From the NCBI GenBank assembly GCA_951406725.2, contig OX597821.1:67642001-67706000 (forward strand): a stretch of 64,000 nt of DNA, in the 5' to 3' direction. Positions 40,336 to 54,610 of this stretch are shown here, piece by piece; position 1 is the first letter of the stretch, and every line of letters begins with the position of its first letter. The notes under the pieces are model-generated. The model was not told the origin of the DNA. It saw nothing but the letters and a program-made list of their open reading frames with translations, and made no database searches. The position numbers were made by a program, and so were the translations under genes. This DNA is from Octopus vulgaris. Taxonomy: Eukaryota.

Positions 40336-40451
40336 ATAATATAATATAATATAATATAATATTATATATTTATACTATAAAATTGGATTTAATCCTAAAT
40401 CTAATTTTTCCCTGTAAGTTTGGATTTATTCCCTAATATTATTATTATTAA

Positions 40452-40500
<49 letters not shown>

Positions 40501-40539
40501 GTGTATATTTATGTATATGTATACGTATATATATGTATG

Positions 40540-40581
<42 letters not shown>

Positions 40582-40902
40582 TGTGAGCTTGCTTGTATAT
40601 ATTGTCTACTTAGTTCAGTATTTTGTACCCATTCCATCAGCCATACATCACTTTTGCCATGGGTAACCACTGTATGTGTTATTTCCGAAATAGACATATA
40701 AATACATGAAGCTGCTCTATGAAACGAAAACGTCTTTTGTTGAAATCATTAGCAAGAAACAATTATTAAAGGATGATGTACGAAAAGAATCACTGTTACA
40801 AGTCTGATGTAAATATATGTGCGCGCGCATACGTGTGTGTCTGTACGTGTGTGCGCATGTGTCTATCCATGGTTTCCTGGTCGGAACAATAATTTATTCA
40901 TC

Positions 40903-41531
40903 AAGCTGAGAACAAGACCCTTTGCCAATTGACTTTTGAGCAGATAATGTTTAAACAAGAGATGCGCTGGTAAGGAAGAAGACAAGGAAACGCAAGAGGA
41001 ATAACCAACGTTACAATAATCCACTGTCGAATAGAGATCAAACATTATATCGGAGTTGTTCAAGGAAAATTTAAAACCTGATATAGCAACCACTTTTAGA
41101 AACTTTAGATTTCGTGATAAGATGCATTGAACGACTTTAATCTGGCAACTTAAAGATGAAAGCACCACTTTCGACGTCAAATGGAAAATCCTCTCCAGGA
41201 CAAGACCCAATATTATCGGGTCCCCAAAAATATTCAGTATGTTCTTTTGAAAAAATGTATCTCTTAAAAATCTTGAAAGCCTCCAACGAATACCTACATT
41301 CCAGGAACGAGATATTTCCTGTATGACCACATTTCACGAAATACATTATGTCAAAATTTGAAAGTAGACCGCTGGACACTTAGCAAACTAGTAACATCTA
41401 GTTTACTTCTGCTTGACACCGAATTATTGTAACGCTGGTTATCTCCTTTATGTTTTCTGTCTTCTTCCTTTCCAGCATCTCTTGTTTAAACATATGTTCA
41501 AAAGACAACTGACGAATGGTCTTCTTCTCAA

Positions 41532-41534
<3 letters not shown>
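40903..41534 (+). mobile_element. Penelope-like element GIY-YIG endonuclease remnant flanked by ~115-bp inverted repeats
   Basis: Frameshifted translation HYIGVVQGKFKT*YSNH...TTLIWQLKD...VKWKIL...SVCSFEK...SRNEIFPV*PHFTKY. IR arms at 40903-41021 and 41422-41534. Confidence 0.8.
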
Positions 41535-41600
<66 letters not shown>

Positions 41601-41784
41601 CGATTTTGGATTTGGTTTGCAAGATTCTTTATATGAGTCAAAAGTATTGAAAAAGGTTGCAAAACGCAACGTAAATTTTAGGAAAATAACACCTTACATG
41701 ATAGAAGGAACAGTCAAAATCCAAACCACGACTGAGATTAATTTCGAAGGGGATGAAAAATAAAAACATTTTCAATAGTTACCA

Positions 41785-41854
41785 CTTGTACCTAGGTTTC
41801 GGACATTAATGAACAGATAAAATAATCTGTTTATCCGTGTCCTTCATTAGCAAG
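41785..41854 (-). ncRNA. Hammerhead ribozyme-like motif with long stem II (core mutated)
   Basis: Minus strand CUUG-CUAAUGA-A-GGACA...AACAGAU/AUCUGUU...UGUCC-GAAAC-CUAG-GUA-CAAG. Confidence 0.65.
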
Positions 41855-41922
41855 AGCCGCTAGATAACACAGAGACACACACGCACGCACGCACACATAC
41901 ACACACACACACATATTTATAT

Positions 41923-41959
<37 letters not shown>

Positions 41960-43764
41960 CACACGCATACATACATATATCTTTCGTTTGTTTATTTCTT
42001 ATTTGTTTTTTCTACTTCCTGTCATGTTTTGTCCCTTGTTCGTTGGCTCGCCATCCTTCAGCGGTTTCTTGCTCTCGTCAACACAAAAAGGGAAACCATA
42101 TTATCGCTGAAGGTGCGAAATTGCGTTTGATACCCTGACCAATAACTGATGAGGATTTGGTGACCTTCTGTCTCTGTTTTCCTTTCGTTTGTGCATTTAT
42201 TATATGTTTTTCCGTTATATACACTTCCTTCCCCTGCAGAAACAACACTGGACCCCCAAAAAATAAAACATTCCTTTCTACAGAAAAGTTTTAAATATAC
42301 GTTAGCACTTTTAATAAATTAATTCTTTTAACGGAATGATGAATATTCTAAAATTCTAAGTAAATTTAATATTATGTTACTAAGTTTTTATTAGTGATTA
42401 GTACAATTTTTTCAATATATTCCATTTCCTGTGAAACCATATTTGTATTCATTTAAATCCATTTATTTTTCAACAGAAACTTTTTTCTTTATCGTCAGAC
42501 TATCATCTGATTAAATAAAGTTCTCAACTGAAGCATAAACCTAGATTACTTCTCCCAATATTCTTCTAGTTGCTGAATGACTCTCAGTTTAGATAGTATC
42601 TTAAATTCTTATAATTTCAAACTATTAGATATTAATTTCTATAAGCAGAAAGTCAATTCTTAAAACTGCTTTACATTGATATTCGCAAATATAAGTAGCT
42701 CACAGATTGATAAATCTCGCCCAGAATGACGTTACGTGACTGATTAGTTAGTTACGGATATAAAGATAAGGGAGTTTAACATTGTATTACACTGGTGTCA
42801 GTTAGTTACATAGATGTGATTAAGAACATTTACTGTAAAAACAAACTTGAAGGATGATAGTAATTATTTTGTCTGGTAAATGTAACTAGTTTCCAATATT
42901 TGTGCGCTTCTATTCTTAATATATCTTGGGTGATTTCCGTTAAATCAAGTCCTAAGCATCCAACTATTCTACAACACAGAAAATATAAACAATCATACGC
43001 TGTATATTATATCATTTAAGGTAGGTTTGTGTAAGATACTGTTTCTGAATTACACAGTATTTGTGACAGGGCTGCTGTTGAAATGTAGGGAATACTAATT
43101 ACATCGCGTGCTGCGACACTGTGGTTGCGCAACAGCATTTGTCATATTAATCGTAGTGTGCATTATATTTATTCAAATATAATTTATGTAATACTAATTG
43201 CCAATACCTCCGTATGCAAGATACTTGCTACAACATGTTCAGGTTCCTTTTCATATGCTTGAAAACGGCAATAAAATCATGCTGTTGTCTCTGTTTGAGA
43301 CATGTCAGGTGTGCATATGAAACGACTGTGTGTACAGAGAAAGGACATTTGGAACATCGCCAGTTATTCTAAAGTGAGACAGGAGGATGAGAATTGATCG
43401 TGCAATAAAGAAAAGAAGGTTTATATTAGCACTTTGAACCACAATCATAAATATCTGAAATGTCTATGTTGATGATAAGCTATGATACACTAACAATTAT
43501 CAAAATGTAAAAGCAAATAAAATCCAAAAACAGCATTCAAATTTTGACGTTTAATTCAATAATTAGATTTTTCAGGGTTTTTCTTTTGTTGTTGTTGTTG
43601 TTATTCCTACAACAGTTCTTGTTGTAACTTAGTGTAGGAAACATAGTATCCATGGCGGTAACTTCATGACTGATTAAAACAAGAGTGGTAATTATCCTGA
43701 AATCGGAGTCCTGATCCGAATATATTCAACAGAATGGAATCTGTTAAAGAAGCATAAACAGCGA

Positions 43765-44170
43765 GGAGTAGGAGTGGCTGTGTGGTAAGTAGCTTGCTTA
43801 CCAACCACATACTTCCGGATTCAGTCCCACTGCGTGGCACCTTGGGTATGTGTCTTTTACTATAGCCTCAGGCCGACCAAAGCCTTGTGATTTGGTAGAC
43901 AGAAGCTGAAAGAAGCCCGTCGTATATATGTATATATGTTGTGTGTGTGTGTGTGTATGTATGTTTGTGTGTCTGTGTTTGTCCCCCCAACATCACTTGA
44001 CAACCGATGCTAGTGTGTTTACGTCCCCGTAACTTAGCGGTTAGGCAAAAGAGATCGATAGAATAAGTACTAGGCTTACAATGAATAAGTCCGGGGTCGA
44101 TTTGCTCGACTATTGACGGTACTCCAGCATGGCTACAGTCAAATGACTGAAACAAGTAAAAGAGTAAAGA
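43765..44170 (+). mobile_element. SINE-A, full length
   Basis: Head ggagtaggagtggctgtgtggtaag and tail gactgaaacaagtaaaagag. Confidence 0.9.
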
Positions 44171-44439
44171 CTAACGAATCCTTATACAACACATTGTAAC
44201 ATATTTTGTTTATTTGTATTTTTTAATGTTCATACATGCATTTTTTTGCCACTAAATTCAAAAATCACATTCATTTTGACGTAACATCGATTATTTATTT
44301 ATTCTTAATTTCGTATTTGCTCGTTATATTTGTAACTTTTCTCTACAGCGCTTTGTTGGTTCAATTTATTCTAGTATTATGAGGATAATTACACAACATT
44401 TAGTACTTTTTCATATATTGAAAGGTATGTAGGAAGTAT

Positions 44440-45250
44440 AATATTAGTTAGAACAAAAAGAAACAATAAAACTCTGCATTGTAAATCTAGGTGAGAGTGC
44501 AAAAAATGAACATTTAAAAGACATACGACAACCCATTTTCTTGAAGTTTTCAATAAGCTTTGCTACCAGCTGTTTGTAATTAGGATCCTTGTGATTTCCT
44601 GGAAATCCACGAACTACATCACGAAATGCACACCAAGCTTCTCTTTCAAATTTTGACATCGCTCTTTCCAGTTTCTTCGACTTTAACATTTCATTTACTT
44701 GGGGCCCAACAAATATGCCACCCTTGATCTTAGCCTCGGATAGCTTTGGAAACATAAGACAAATTTCTTGAAAAGAAATACACACATGCATGCATACATA
44801 CATACATACATACATACATATACACACATACATACATACATACATACATACATACATACATACATACATACATACATACATACATACATACATACATACA
44901 TACATACATACATACGTGAGTACTTGCATGCAAAGCGAGATAAACTTACTGCTCAAGCTTACGGAAGATAACTCAGTCCACCTGTATTGCTAACTCTGTT
45001 TAAAGGATATGTATGAATCACACGAGAGTTGCTGCAGAAATATATAATATATATTGAGGATGTTTCGCACACAGGCACCTGGTATTACATGAAAAAAAAA
45101 AAAGCCATTCGTTTAATTTCCAAAGATTCCCGTTGCAAACACTAGCGCAGATTCATTTGTTTTATTCTTCCCCTTTCACTGACATATCTCTTCTAATGCG
45201 CGTACTCCCGTGAATCAGTATTCTACAACTGGAACTTGCCGAATTCCATC
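44440..45250 (-). pseudogene. DNA transposase remnant, probably CMC/Chapaev3-like, split by (CATA)n
   Basis: FPKLSEAKIKGGIFVGPQV...EREAW.AF..VV.GF.GNHK..NY..LV...GCRMS. A possible upstream VP...YFC motif lies near 45040-45090. The family name is from recall. Confidence 0.7.
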
Positions 45251-45919
45251 GTACCCTACTCGATGAAATGCGCCTCATACTTTCGTCATCACTAATGTGT
45301 AATAATCTAACACCGACCAATCTTTCTATTAGTACTTACAACCCTGGATAGCACCATTTTACAGCAAGAATTTACCCGGGGGTATCAGCCGCTTGAAGTC
45401 GCCGGTGAACGTTAAGATTTTGACGCAAAAGTCATACCACACCACTAAGAGTTCTTTTCTTCTGTGATATGTATTTTCAAGAATAATATATTTAGATAAC
45501 ACGAAACCTAGCGACAACCCTTCTTAGTATACGAGGCGGAAATAAATGTTTCAAATACATTAAATACAAGATTCTTCAAACAATTACACCAGGTTTGGGA
45601 AAATGTATTTCTAAGGCGATAAATAGATCTACATCATCTAAACTTCAAAGCATGTACTTATTCTTCACAGAATTTTCTCTCAGCATTCTTCAGCTACATG
45701 AAAACATCAGTCTCTGACTATCTCACAGCATTGAAGATTACTGTTCTGTGGAAGAACATGGAAGAACATCAGAACATTCGAAAGTTGTCTTTGTGTCATA
45801 GAGTCTGGAAGTTGCCTGCAAGCACGTGTGTATAGTGAATATATATATATACATATACATACATATATGTATGTATATATATATATGTATATATGTATAT
45901 ACATATGTATATACATATG

Positions 45920-45987
<68 letters not shown>

Positions 45988-46187
45988 TATACACATACAC
46001 ACATAGATGAAAGAATGAACAGGTAGTTATGTACTTTTAGTGATTAGTATGGCCATTGATTAGTTCGTTTCTTCGAAGAGCATATACTAAGACAGATGCA
46101 TAAGTAGATAGATAGACAGATAGATAGATGAATGGATAAATAGATATATAGATAGACAGATACACAGATTGATAGACAAATACATAG

Positions 46188-46226
<39 letters not shown>

Positions 46227-46634
46227 TACATACACACATGCAAGCATGCATACATACATACATACATACATATACACATGCATATACACATGCATGCATA
46301 TTCATATATACATGCATTAAAAAAATATGGTAACCTGAGGGTATTCGTTTAGTGATCTACATCGGTATACAAAGATTCTCCAGCTATAGAAAGACTAGAG
46401 CTATCTATCATAACACGCAACCATTTCTACTGCCAATTAATTTAGATCATAATTCCAGACGAGGAAAATGTTATTCTAGAAAACAAAACAAAAATATAAA
46501 TAAATAAAAACAATAAACAAGAAAAAAGTTTAAGTCTTTTCAGAAAAATCCCTCCTTTTTATTTGGTCTCCGTTTTTCTTTGCTTTGTTTTCCTTTTGTT
46601 ACTTAGTATATTTTTCCTTATATTTTTAAATATA

Positions 46635-46665
<31 letters not shown>

Positions 46666-46666
46666 G

Positions 46667-46757
<91 letters not shown>

Positions 46758-46842
46758 TTATATATATATATATATATATATATTTTGTTTGTCTTTTCTT
46801 CTTATATCTTATATTTTTCTGTGTTGATATTTTCCTTACATT

Positions 46843-46940
<98 letters not shown>

Positions 46941-47023
46941 GATATATATATGTATATGTATATGTACATATACATATCCACATATATATATATAGATATA
47001 TATAGATATAGATATATATATAT

Positions 47024-47058
<35 letters not shown>

Positions 47059-47102
47059 TGTATATGTACATATACAAATGTATATATATACATACATATA
47101 TG

Positions 47103-47172
<70 letters not shown>

Positions 47173-47706
47173 AATACACACATTTATATATATATATACA
47201 TGTATACATATATATGTATATATGCATGCATACACATACATACACACACACACAAACACATTATATATATATGTATACTTCCATATACATCTAGTTCGTC
47301 TTATGATTTTGTGTTACGACACTGATATTTCTGTATTTCAAATTTTTTATTTCTACTAAGTTAATCTTAAATATAAACATTTGCCGCACGAAAGTGGGTG
47401 GGGCGTTAAAGGTGGACAATTGTTCACCCTCGATGTAGGGGAATTACACGGACAGCATTATGTTTTTCTTGCTTAGCGGAAGCATTATACGGGAAGAGAT
47501 TATAGGGCGTGGCGTCAAATTTACAAAGGATATATATATATATTAAGCAGAACAGAGGGAGAGACAGTGAATAAAATTGTGTTTATAAACTAAAGGGGCT
47601 GCCATAACGGTGGGACAAAGACTTGAAGGGGATATGCTATTGGTTTCTTTGCCGAATTGCCTTTGTTAATCGATGGGTGACAAAGACAAAAAGAACACAA
47701 ACGTGC

Positions 47707-47778
<72 letters not shown>

Positions 47779-47797
47779 TTATATATATATACACACA

Positions 47798-48040
47798 CAG
47801 TAATCCGTTGCCATCGTGGTCCACCTAACGCGGTTCAGCTAACGCAGTTTATTATTTACGCTTACGTTGATTGTTGATTCCTCCGCTGTGTTGTTTTGCA
47901 TTTATGATAAAATAAGCATATACAAATTATAGAAAAAATTTTTTTTTCAATATACAGTACAGTATTGTTTCTACTTGGCGGATATTCCCCTATCGCGAGC
48001 GGTTTGAAACCTAACAACCGCTATAGTCCAGGAATTACTG
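47798..48040. mobile_element. Tigger/pogo-like MITE
   Basis: Termini cagtaatcc... / ...ggaattactg with internal aacgcgg repeats. Confidence 0.55.
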
Positions 48041-48848
48041 AACATATATATATTTATACACAAATAATTAAATAACAACATGTTGAATATGTATAACCAT
48101 CATTATATATTTATTTGCTCATAATACACCACAATGGAACCCCGACCCGTCATATATTCTGGCATATTCTGGAATATGCCATATATCCTACGAAGATTGC
48201 AACGTACACTATTGATTTAGACCATAGGCTATTAATATACACATTAGGGTTAAATTCTCTGTACACTGGAATTGAACCTGAGCGTGTGTTATTATTGGCG
48301 TAATGATTCAGCCAAGACACAACAAAATTTGTTGCAAAACACGAATTTACATCAAGAATCTTGTAAACCAAATACAAAAACGAAGTAATATTTAATTTTT
48401 CTTTTTATTGACATGACCTCCATATAAGTCTAAATTTCTTAACAATCAATGACCCAAATGCACTTAAATATATGTAAGCAGCCATGATGCGCGGACAACA
48501 CTTGCTATGATAAGCATGAAACTCATTAAATTGTGAAGCATATTTCAAGTCCAACCGCATGTCTCTAACTTGGAATGGAATTATACTCTGCAAAGCACAC
48601 TTGCCCCACAGGCACCGCATGAAGTTAAAGTTAACTGCAGCCATGGCTGATTGTGGGTTTAAGACTTAGCTAGGCAGCCATGTGGCTCTACGTTCGAACT
48701 CAGTGCCCGCCCTTCGGATAGGTTGATCGGCAACTTGCTTTTTCAGTAGAATTTCGTAGAAAGAAACTGAGAGAATCCGATATGCGTATTTACTCGGGTG
48801 TGAGCTTGTGTGTGTGTGTATGTACCTGGATGCGTGATTGTGTGTGTC

Positions 48849-48912
<64 letters not shown>

Positions 48913-49475
48913 TGTGTGTGCATCAGTGTGTTGTGAGTGTGTATGTGTTCCATACAAACAAACGAGTTACGTACATGTCTTCTTGCTGTAGTTTTTGGGG
49001 ACTAACATTCCTGAAAACCTCGCGCCTTCATCCACGTCAACGTCGGGCAAATATACATACACCTGTTACAGGAGTGGTTGACACATTTGAATTTCATTGT
49101 ATAATCATCTTGTATGAATTGACAATTATCACTTCATTCATTTGTTATATAAGGGGAGAAAGCTTATTCAATAGTTTGTCCCTTTTCTTTTCTCTTGTGT
49201 CTGAGGAGAGTCATTCTCTTTTAGTGCCTTGTAATTTAACACACTCACCGGTAAAATTTCCACTCATTTACTTATTTATTTATCTAAAATTTTCGTTGCC
49301 CCTTGCAGCCTTTTCAATTATTGTTGACTCTGTCCATTATTCAAGCTGCGTTCTTTTTGTTTGTTTGTGCGCATGTGTGTGGGTCAGTGTGTGTGCGCAT
49401 ACACATGCATGTATGTATGTATACATGCATGTAAGTGTGTATGCATGTATGTGTGTGTGTTCATATGTGTGTGCA

Positions 49476-49805
49476 AAGTCGACATCGGTAGCATTTGAAC
49501 TCAGAACGGAAAGACGAACGAAATGCTGCTAAGCATTTTGCCCGGCATGCTAACCTTTCTGCCAGTTCTCCACCTTATTGCTGTTATTCTAATGGTTTCA
49601 TATTTTGGCACAAGGCCAGCAGTTTTGGAGGAGGGACCAAGGCGATTAAATCAATCCCAGTGTTCAATTGGTATTTATTTCATCGATCTCGAAAGAATGA
49701 AAGGGAAAGTCTACCCCGGTAGAATAGGAACTCAGAAAGTAGAGACGGGGGAACTGCCGCTAAGCAAATTGCCTTGCGTGCTAACGATTCTGCCAGCTGA
49801 CCTCC
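49476..49805 (-). mobile_element. Two degenerate SINE-C copies
   Basis: gctaagcattttgcccggcatgctaacc and gctaacgattctgccagct. Confidence 0.7.
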
Positions 49806-50129
49806 CTAAATTGACATCAGATTAGCCTTGATCAAAGAGATCAAAGCTCAAAGATGTTCTTACCATGAAGACTCTTCCTATATTTTAAACCTAACATAGT
49901 TTATCAAGTTTACCTCATCCACTTAGCTACAGACGTGATTTAATTGATATTTAAGCCACACACAAGTGTTGTTTGAAGAATATTTCACAGTTATTTCTGG
50001 CAGAACTGGAGAAGATGTGCCGATTCTCTCATTGGCTTAAGATCATAATTCTTCTCCAGCTGCGATTACCACTTCATTATTCATAGTTTCTCTCTTTCTA
50101 TGTCAAAAATCCGGAAATATTATCATAGA

Positions 50130-50395
50130 TAGGGCGGAGGAAGTAGGCGAGAAATCTGACCATGAGATTATGTGACGTTCATGATTTCGTCAAGTGAATT
50201 AATTGGAGAAGGGAAGGGAAGTAAATTAAACATTGCGACAGCAAATCGAAATCGAGTCACTGAGTCGGCAGACTGGAAGGTGACTTGTATGTCGCCGCAT
50301 GCCTCATTAGTAATGTGTAGTTTTGCAGAATAGTATTTCAGCATGGTTACCATGGCTACCACCATTCCTGTCGGAAGAACCAGTGAGTCATCGAA
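50130..50395. promoter_or_regulatory. Candidate regulatory cluster
   Basis: GC-box/ETS agggcggaggaagt, RFX X-box-like gttaccatggctac (50346-50359), and AP-1 tgagtca. Confidence 0.3.
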
Positions 50396-51117
50396 ACCTC
50401 CGATATCCAATGAAGCTACCGATATCTCCACCATTGCGCTAGTTCATATTGCAGACGAACGCTTTCACGTACAAGAAATACATAGAGATACGCACAGCCC
50501 AGTCACGTACAGATACACTATTCTCTAAGACACACGTAGAAAAGTATACACTTATTTACAGACATCCACACACACACACACTAACGCACACACATGCTCA
50601 CTCGCGCACACGCATGTTGGATAAGCACATTATAACTTGCAGACAAAATCTACAGAATTTAGCTGTTAACCAAATTGCTCAGTGGCAATGGAACTGAGCG
50701 CTACATTGGTAATACAGTCTCTATAGAATAGCAAATAGGTGTTAACAGTTTTAGAATATCAAAGACAGTTGTCTAATATCGAAAGTAATTCAATTTATTC
50801 CAGACTCACTCCTGTTCTTTACTAAATCTATTTAGATTTCACACCTTAATTGCTTTACTTAAATTCCGCTTTTCGTCGCGAAAACTAAAACACGAAAACA
50901 ACAACGACGACAGCAGCAGCAACGGCAGCAGCAGAAAAACAACAACAACAATAATAATAATAAAAGTAACGAAAAGAACAACAACAACAAGAACAATAGA
51001 CATTTTTTTCTTGTCTATAGAAATAGAAATAACATCCTGAAGAAAATGGAAGCACAGTAACTGCTACAGCTAATCCAGTTCTAAATATTTGGCATGTGTG
51101 TATATTTGTATGTACAA

Positions 51118-51175
<58 letters not shown>

Positions 51176-51341
51176 ATATATATATACACACATATATATA
51201 TACATATATATACATATATATGTGTGTATTTATATATATATATATATATGTGTGTATATATATACATGCATATTTAAAAGTATGTATATATACATGTTCG
51301 CATGAGTACATTCTTGCATGCTTAAAGGCATATATAATGCC

Positions 51342-51380
<39 letters not shown>

Positions 51381-51675
51381 ATACATATATATATATATAT
51401 ATATGCGTGTGTGTGTGTGTGTGCGTATGCAGACAGAGAGGGGAGGAAAAAGAGATCATACATAGGTGTGTGTGTGTGGATTCGCATAGTCCTTGTTAAT
51501 GGCGGGCCTCATCATAGGTATGGCGTCAAGGTTTCACTAAGCCAAATGTGTAATTTGTTTTCTATTTTACCCTGTAGCTTTTCCCCCTTTACTTCCGCTA
51601 ATTACACGTTTGTGGAAATACTGCAATGCTGCAAAATCTAATTCTCTCCGCCATTAATATACATATACATACGTA

Positions 51676-51722
<47 letters not shown>

Positions 51723-51742
51723 GTATGTATGTTTGCATGTAC

Positions 51743-51789
<47 letters not shown>

Positions 51790-52765
51790 AATATACATGA
51801 CAACTTGAGCTCATCAAAAGAGTTGTCTCTAATTAGTTTTGTTCCCGCGCTATGCTGTAATCATCTTTGTAAAATATATGCGCGCCATATGACTTTTTGA
51901 AGCATCTGTAATTCATCTGGTGTCTTAATGTTTCTTCATGAGAATCTTATAGTGGTTATATTGTTTGGTGGATTAGTAGAGTTGGTAGAGCGTCAACGAT
52001 AAGGCTTTGTGTTAATTAAATTTTTTGTGCACGTTCTGAGTCCCAACTATTTGTCCTTTGAAGGATCAATATACTTGATTATATTCATCTATAGAAAATT
52101 TCGTGGTCTTATATGAGAAAGCGTTATTCTAATGAAAACTAGTGATATAATGTATTAGTAACATTGTATTTAACTGATTCTATGAGGCGTATTTCCTACC
52201 CTTGATATAATACCTTTTTCTCCAATACACAAATTGCATCATGTGTATTTCTTTTAACATTTACAAAAAGCATTAACGTCAGCCGCTTGTTAACTACGAA
52301 CTTCATAAGACTGAGAATCCTTTTGCATGTGCTGGAAAGTCTCACATGATCCAGCTTTCACATCCATTCTTTTAGCTAAAAAGGAAAGAAAAGAATATAA
52401 GTACTATAATTCAGTAAAAACCTTCTATTAATTCTCGTTATGCTATCACATCAATTTCGTCGTTTTAATTTCGTCAGAGTCATATTATTATTTTTACGTG
52501 TTCAACTCGCTAATTCCTTCTCGTGTAAAGATATTTTTTGTTCGTCTAGAGATAGGTATCTGTTCAAATCTAATTAGAATCTGAATAGGTTTTATGTATA
52601 AGTTTCTAATAGCAAAAGTTTAGAAAAAATCCGCTAGCAATGATATATTATTCAGAATTTATAGAAAGAGATATTCCACAGGCACGCATTTCCCAGAAAT
52701 AATATATTACATGATATTATATTACATATTTGTGTGTGTATGCGTGCATGTGTATGTGCGTGTTT

Positions 52766-52810
<45 letters not shown>

Positions 52811-53371
52811 TATTGAATGTAACTGGTATTGTTCTGTGTTCATCATTTTGCTGAACTATGATAGGGAATTATGATTTACACAAAATGGCTTATAGCAAGT
52901 TTCCGTGTCGTTCTTTTGGCATATATTTTTTACTAAAATGCTTGTACTTATCATATAAAATTGAATCTTTTCAGGTTTCTATGTTGTGTGAAACTCTTGA
53001 GACTCTGTTTATTGATAATACTAGTTTCGAGATTTAGGAAAACACTATCTTTATGTTCTACATAATATACATTCTCGAAGTTGTAAATTGATATGCACTG
53101 ACAAAATAGAAACAATTCTCATTTTTTTTTTTCATAAAAAGCTTGTACTGTGGTTTAGCGTTCCGCTGAAAAGATGTCTGCTTCACCCAACAGATGTGCA
53201 TTCAATACAGAGCTGATCATATCTTAATATGTTGACATCTACATTCTTTGTGTCACCCGGTAGCTATCATTGCGCCGAATTGATGTAAAACATTTGCAAA
53301 CTGGGCTCATAAGACATCCCTATAAAAGAATTTCATTTGTTGATAGACAAAGTTTTTTTCTCGACTCCAAA

Positions 53372-53758
53372 TATTGGTTTCAAATTCTTGCACAAGGCCA
53401 GCAATTTCGGGAGAGAGGGTAAGTCGATTACATCGACTCCAGTGCTTAACTGCAATTTACTTTATCAACCCCGAAACTATAAATGGCAAACTCGACATTG
53501 GCGGAATTTAAACCCAGAACGTGAAAACGGACGAAATACCGCTCTTTTACTCTTTTACTCTTTCATTTGTTTCAGTCATTTGACTGTGACCATGCTGGAT
53601 CACTGCCTTAGGTCGAGCAAATCGACTCCAGGACTTATTCTTTGTAAACCTAGTACTTATTATATTGGTATCTCTTGCCGAACCGCTAATTTACGGGGAC
53701 GTAAACACACCAGCATCGGTTGTCAAGTGATGTTGGGGAGACAAACACAGAGACACAA

Positions 53759-53809
<51 letters not shown>

Positions 53810-54348
53810 TATATATATATATACAAATTGAGATAGGGGTTGTAAATGCAACCCTCTATGGGATAACATATATCCAATATACTGCTAGTGAAGTACCCAA
53901 CAAAGTTAATACATAAATGTTAAGAATTGTGATGCAATTAATTCATTTACTGTATTATATGGGCAAAGGTAAAATGTTTTACCACAAATTCATAATACAA
54001 AATAAGAAAATGGAGAAATACATCCACATCAAATATCAACTACCAGATAATACCCAATCACATACTTTATAAACCACTACATAAGAAACTTTAAGGTCAA
54101 ACATAATAATATAGAACAAAACAGTGTACATAAAGGAGTAATATGATACAATAAGTACAATATGTATAAGAGAATATAAATATAAATAAATATAAATATA
54201 AACTGCATCTTACAGCTGTTTACTGTTTTGTTCTATATTATTATGTTTGACCTTAAAGTTTCTTATGTAGTGGTTTAATAAAGTATGTGATTGGGTATTA
54301 TCTGGTAGTTGATATTTGATGTGGATGTATTTCTCCATTTTCTTATTT

Positions 54349-54398
<50 letters not shown>

Positions 54399-54610
54399 CA
54401 TATATACGACGGGCTTCTTTCAGTTTCCGTCTACCAAATCCACTCACAAGGCTTCGGTCAGCCCGAGGCTATAGTAGAAGACACTTGCCCAAGACGCCAC
54501 GCAGTGGGAATGAACCCGGAACCATGTGGTTGGTAAGCAAGCTACTTACCACACAGTCACTCCTACGCCTATGCGCTAAGCATTTTGTCCGGTGTGCTAA
54601 CGATTCTGCT
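53372..54610 (-). mobile_element. Three-level nest: SINE-C containing SINE-A (53543-54570) containing an inverted-repeat element (53825-54353)
   Basis: The SINE-C halves ...gaaataccgct | gctaagcattttg rejoin. The inner element has ~131-bp IR arms at 53995-54125 and 54222-54353. Confidence 0.85.

Noticed and set aside
46563-47294. Long ORFs of [12 protein letters not shown] or MYVC type here and throughout the window
   Set aside because: These are stop-free translations of microsatellites, not proteins.
48080-48640. Possible decayed transposase or host exon
   Set aside because: No recognisable motif or clean splice pair.
49195-49225. Hammerhead-like starts ctgaggagagtcattctc, also ctgatgaggattt (~42146) and minus-strand tgacgaagaat (~33490)
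   Set aside because: The GAAA or stem III half is missing or broken, so at most these are fossils.
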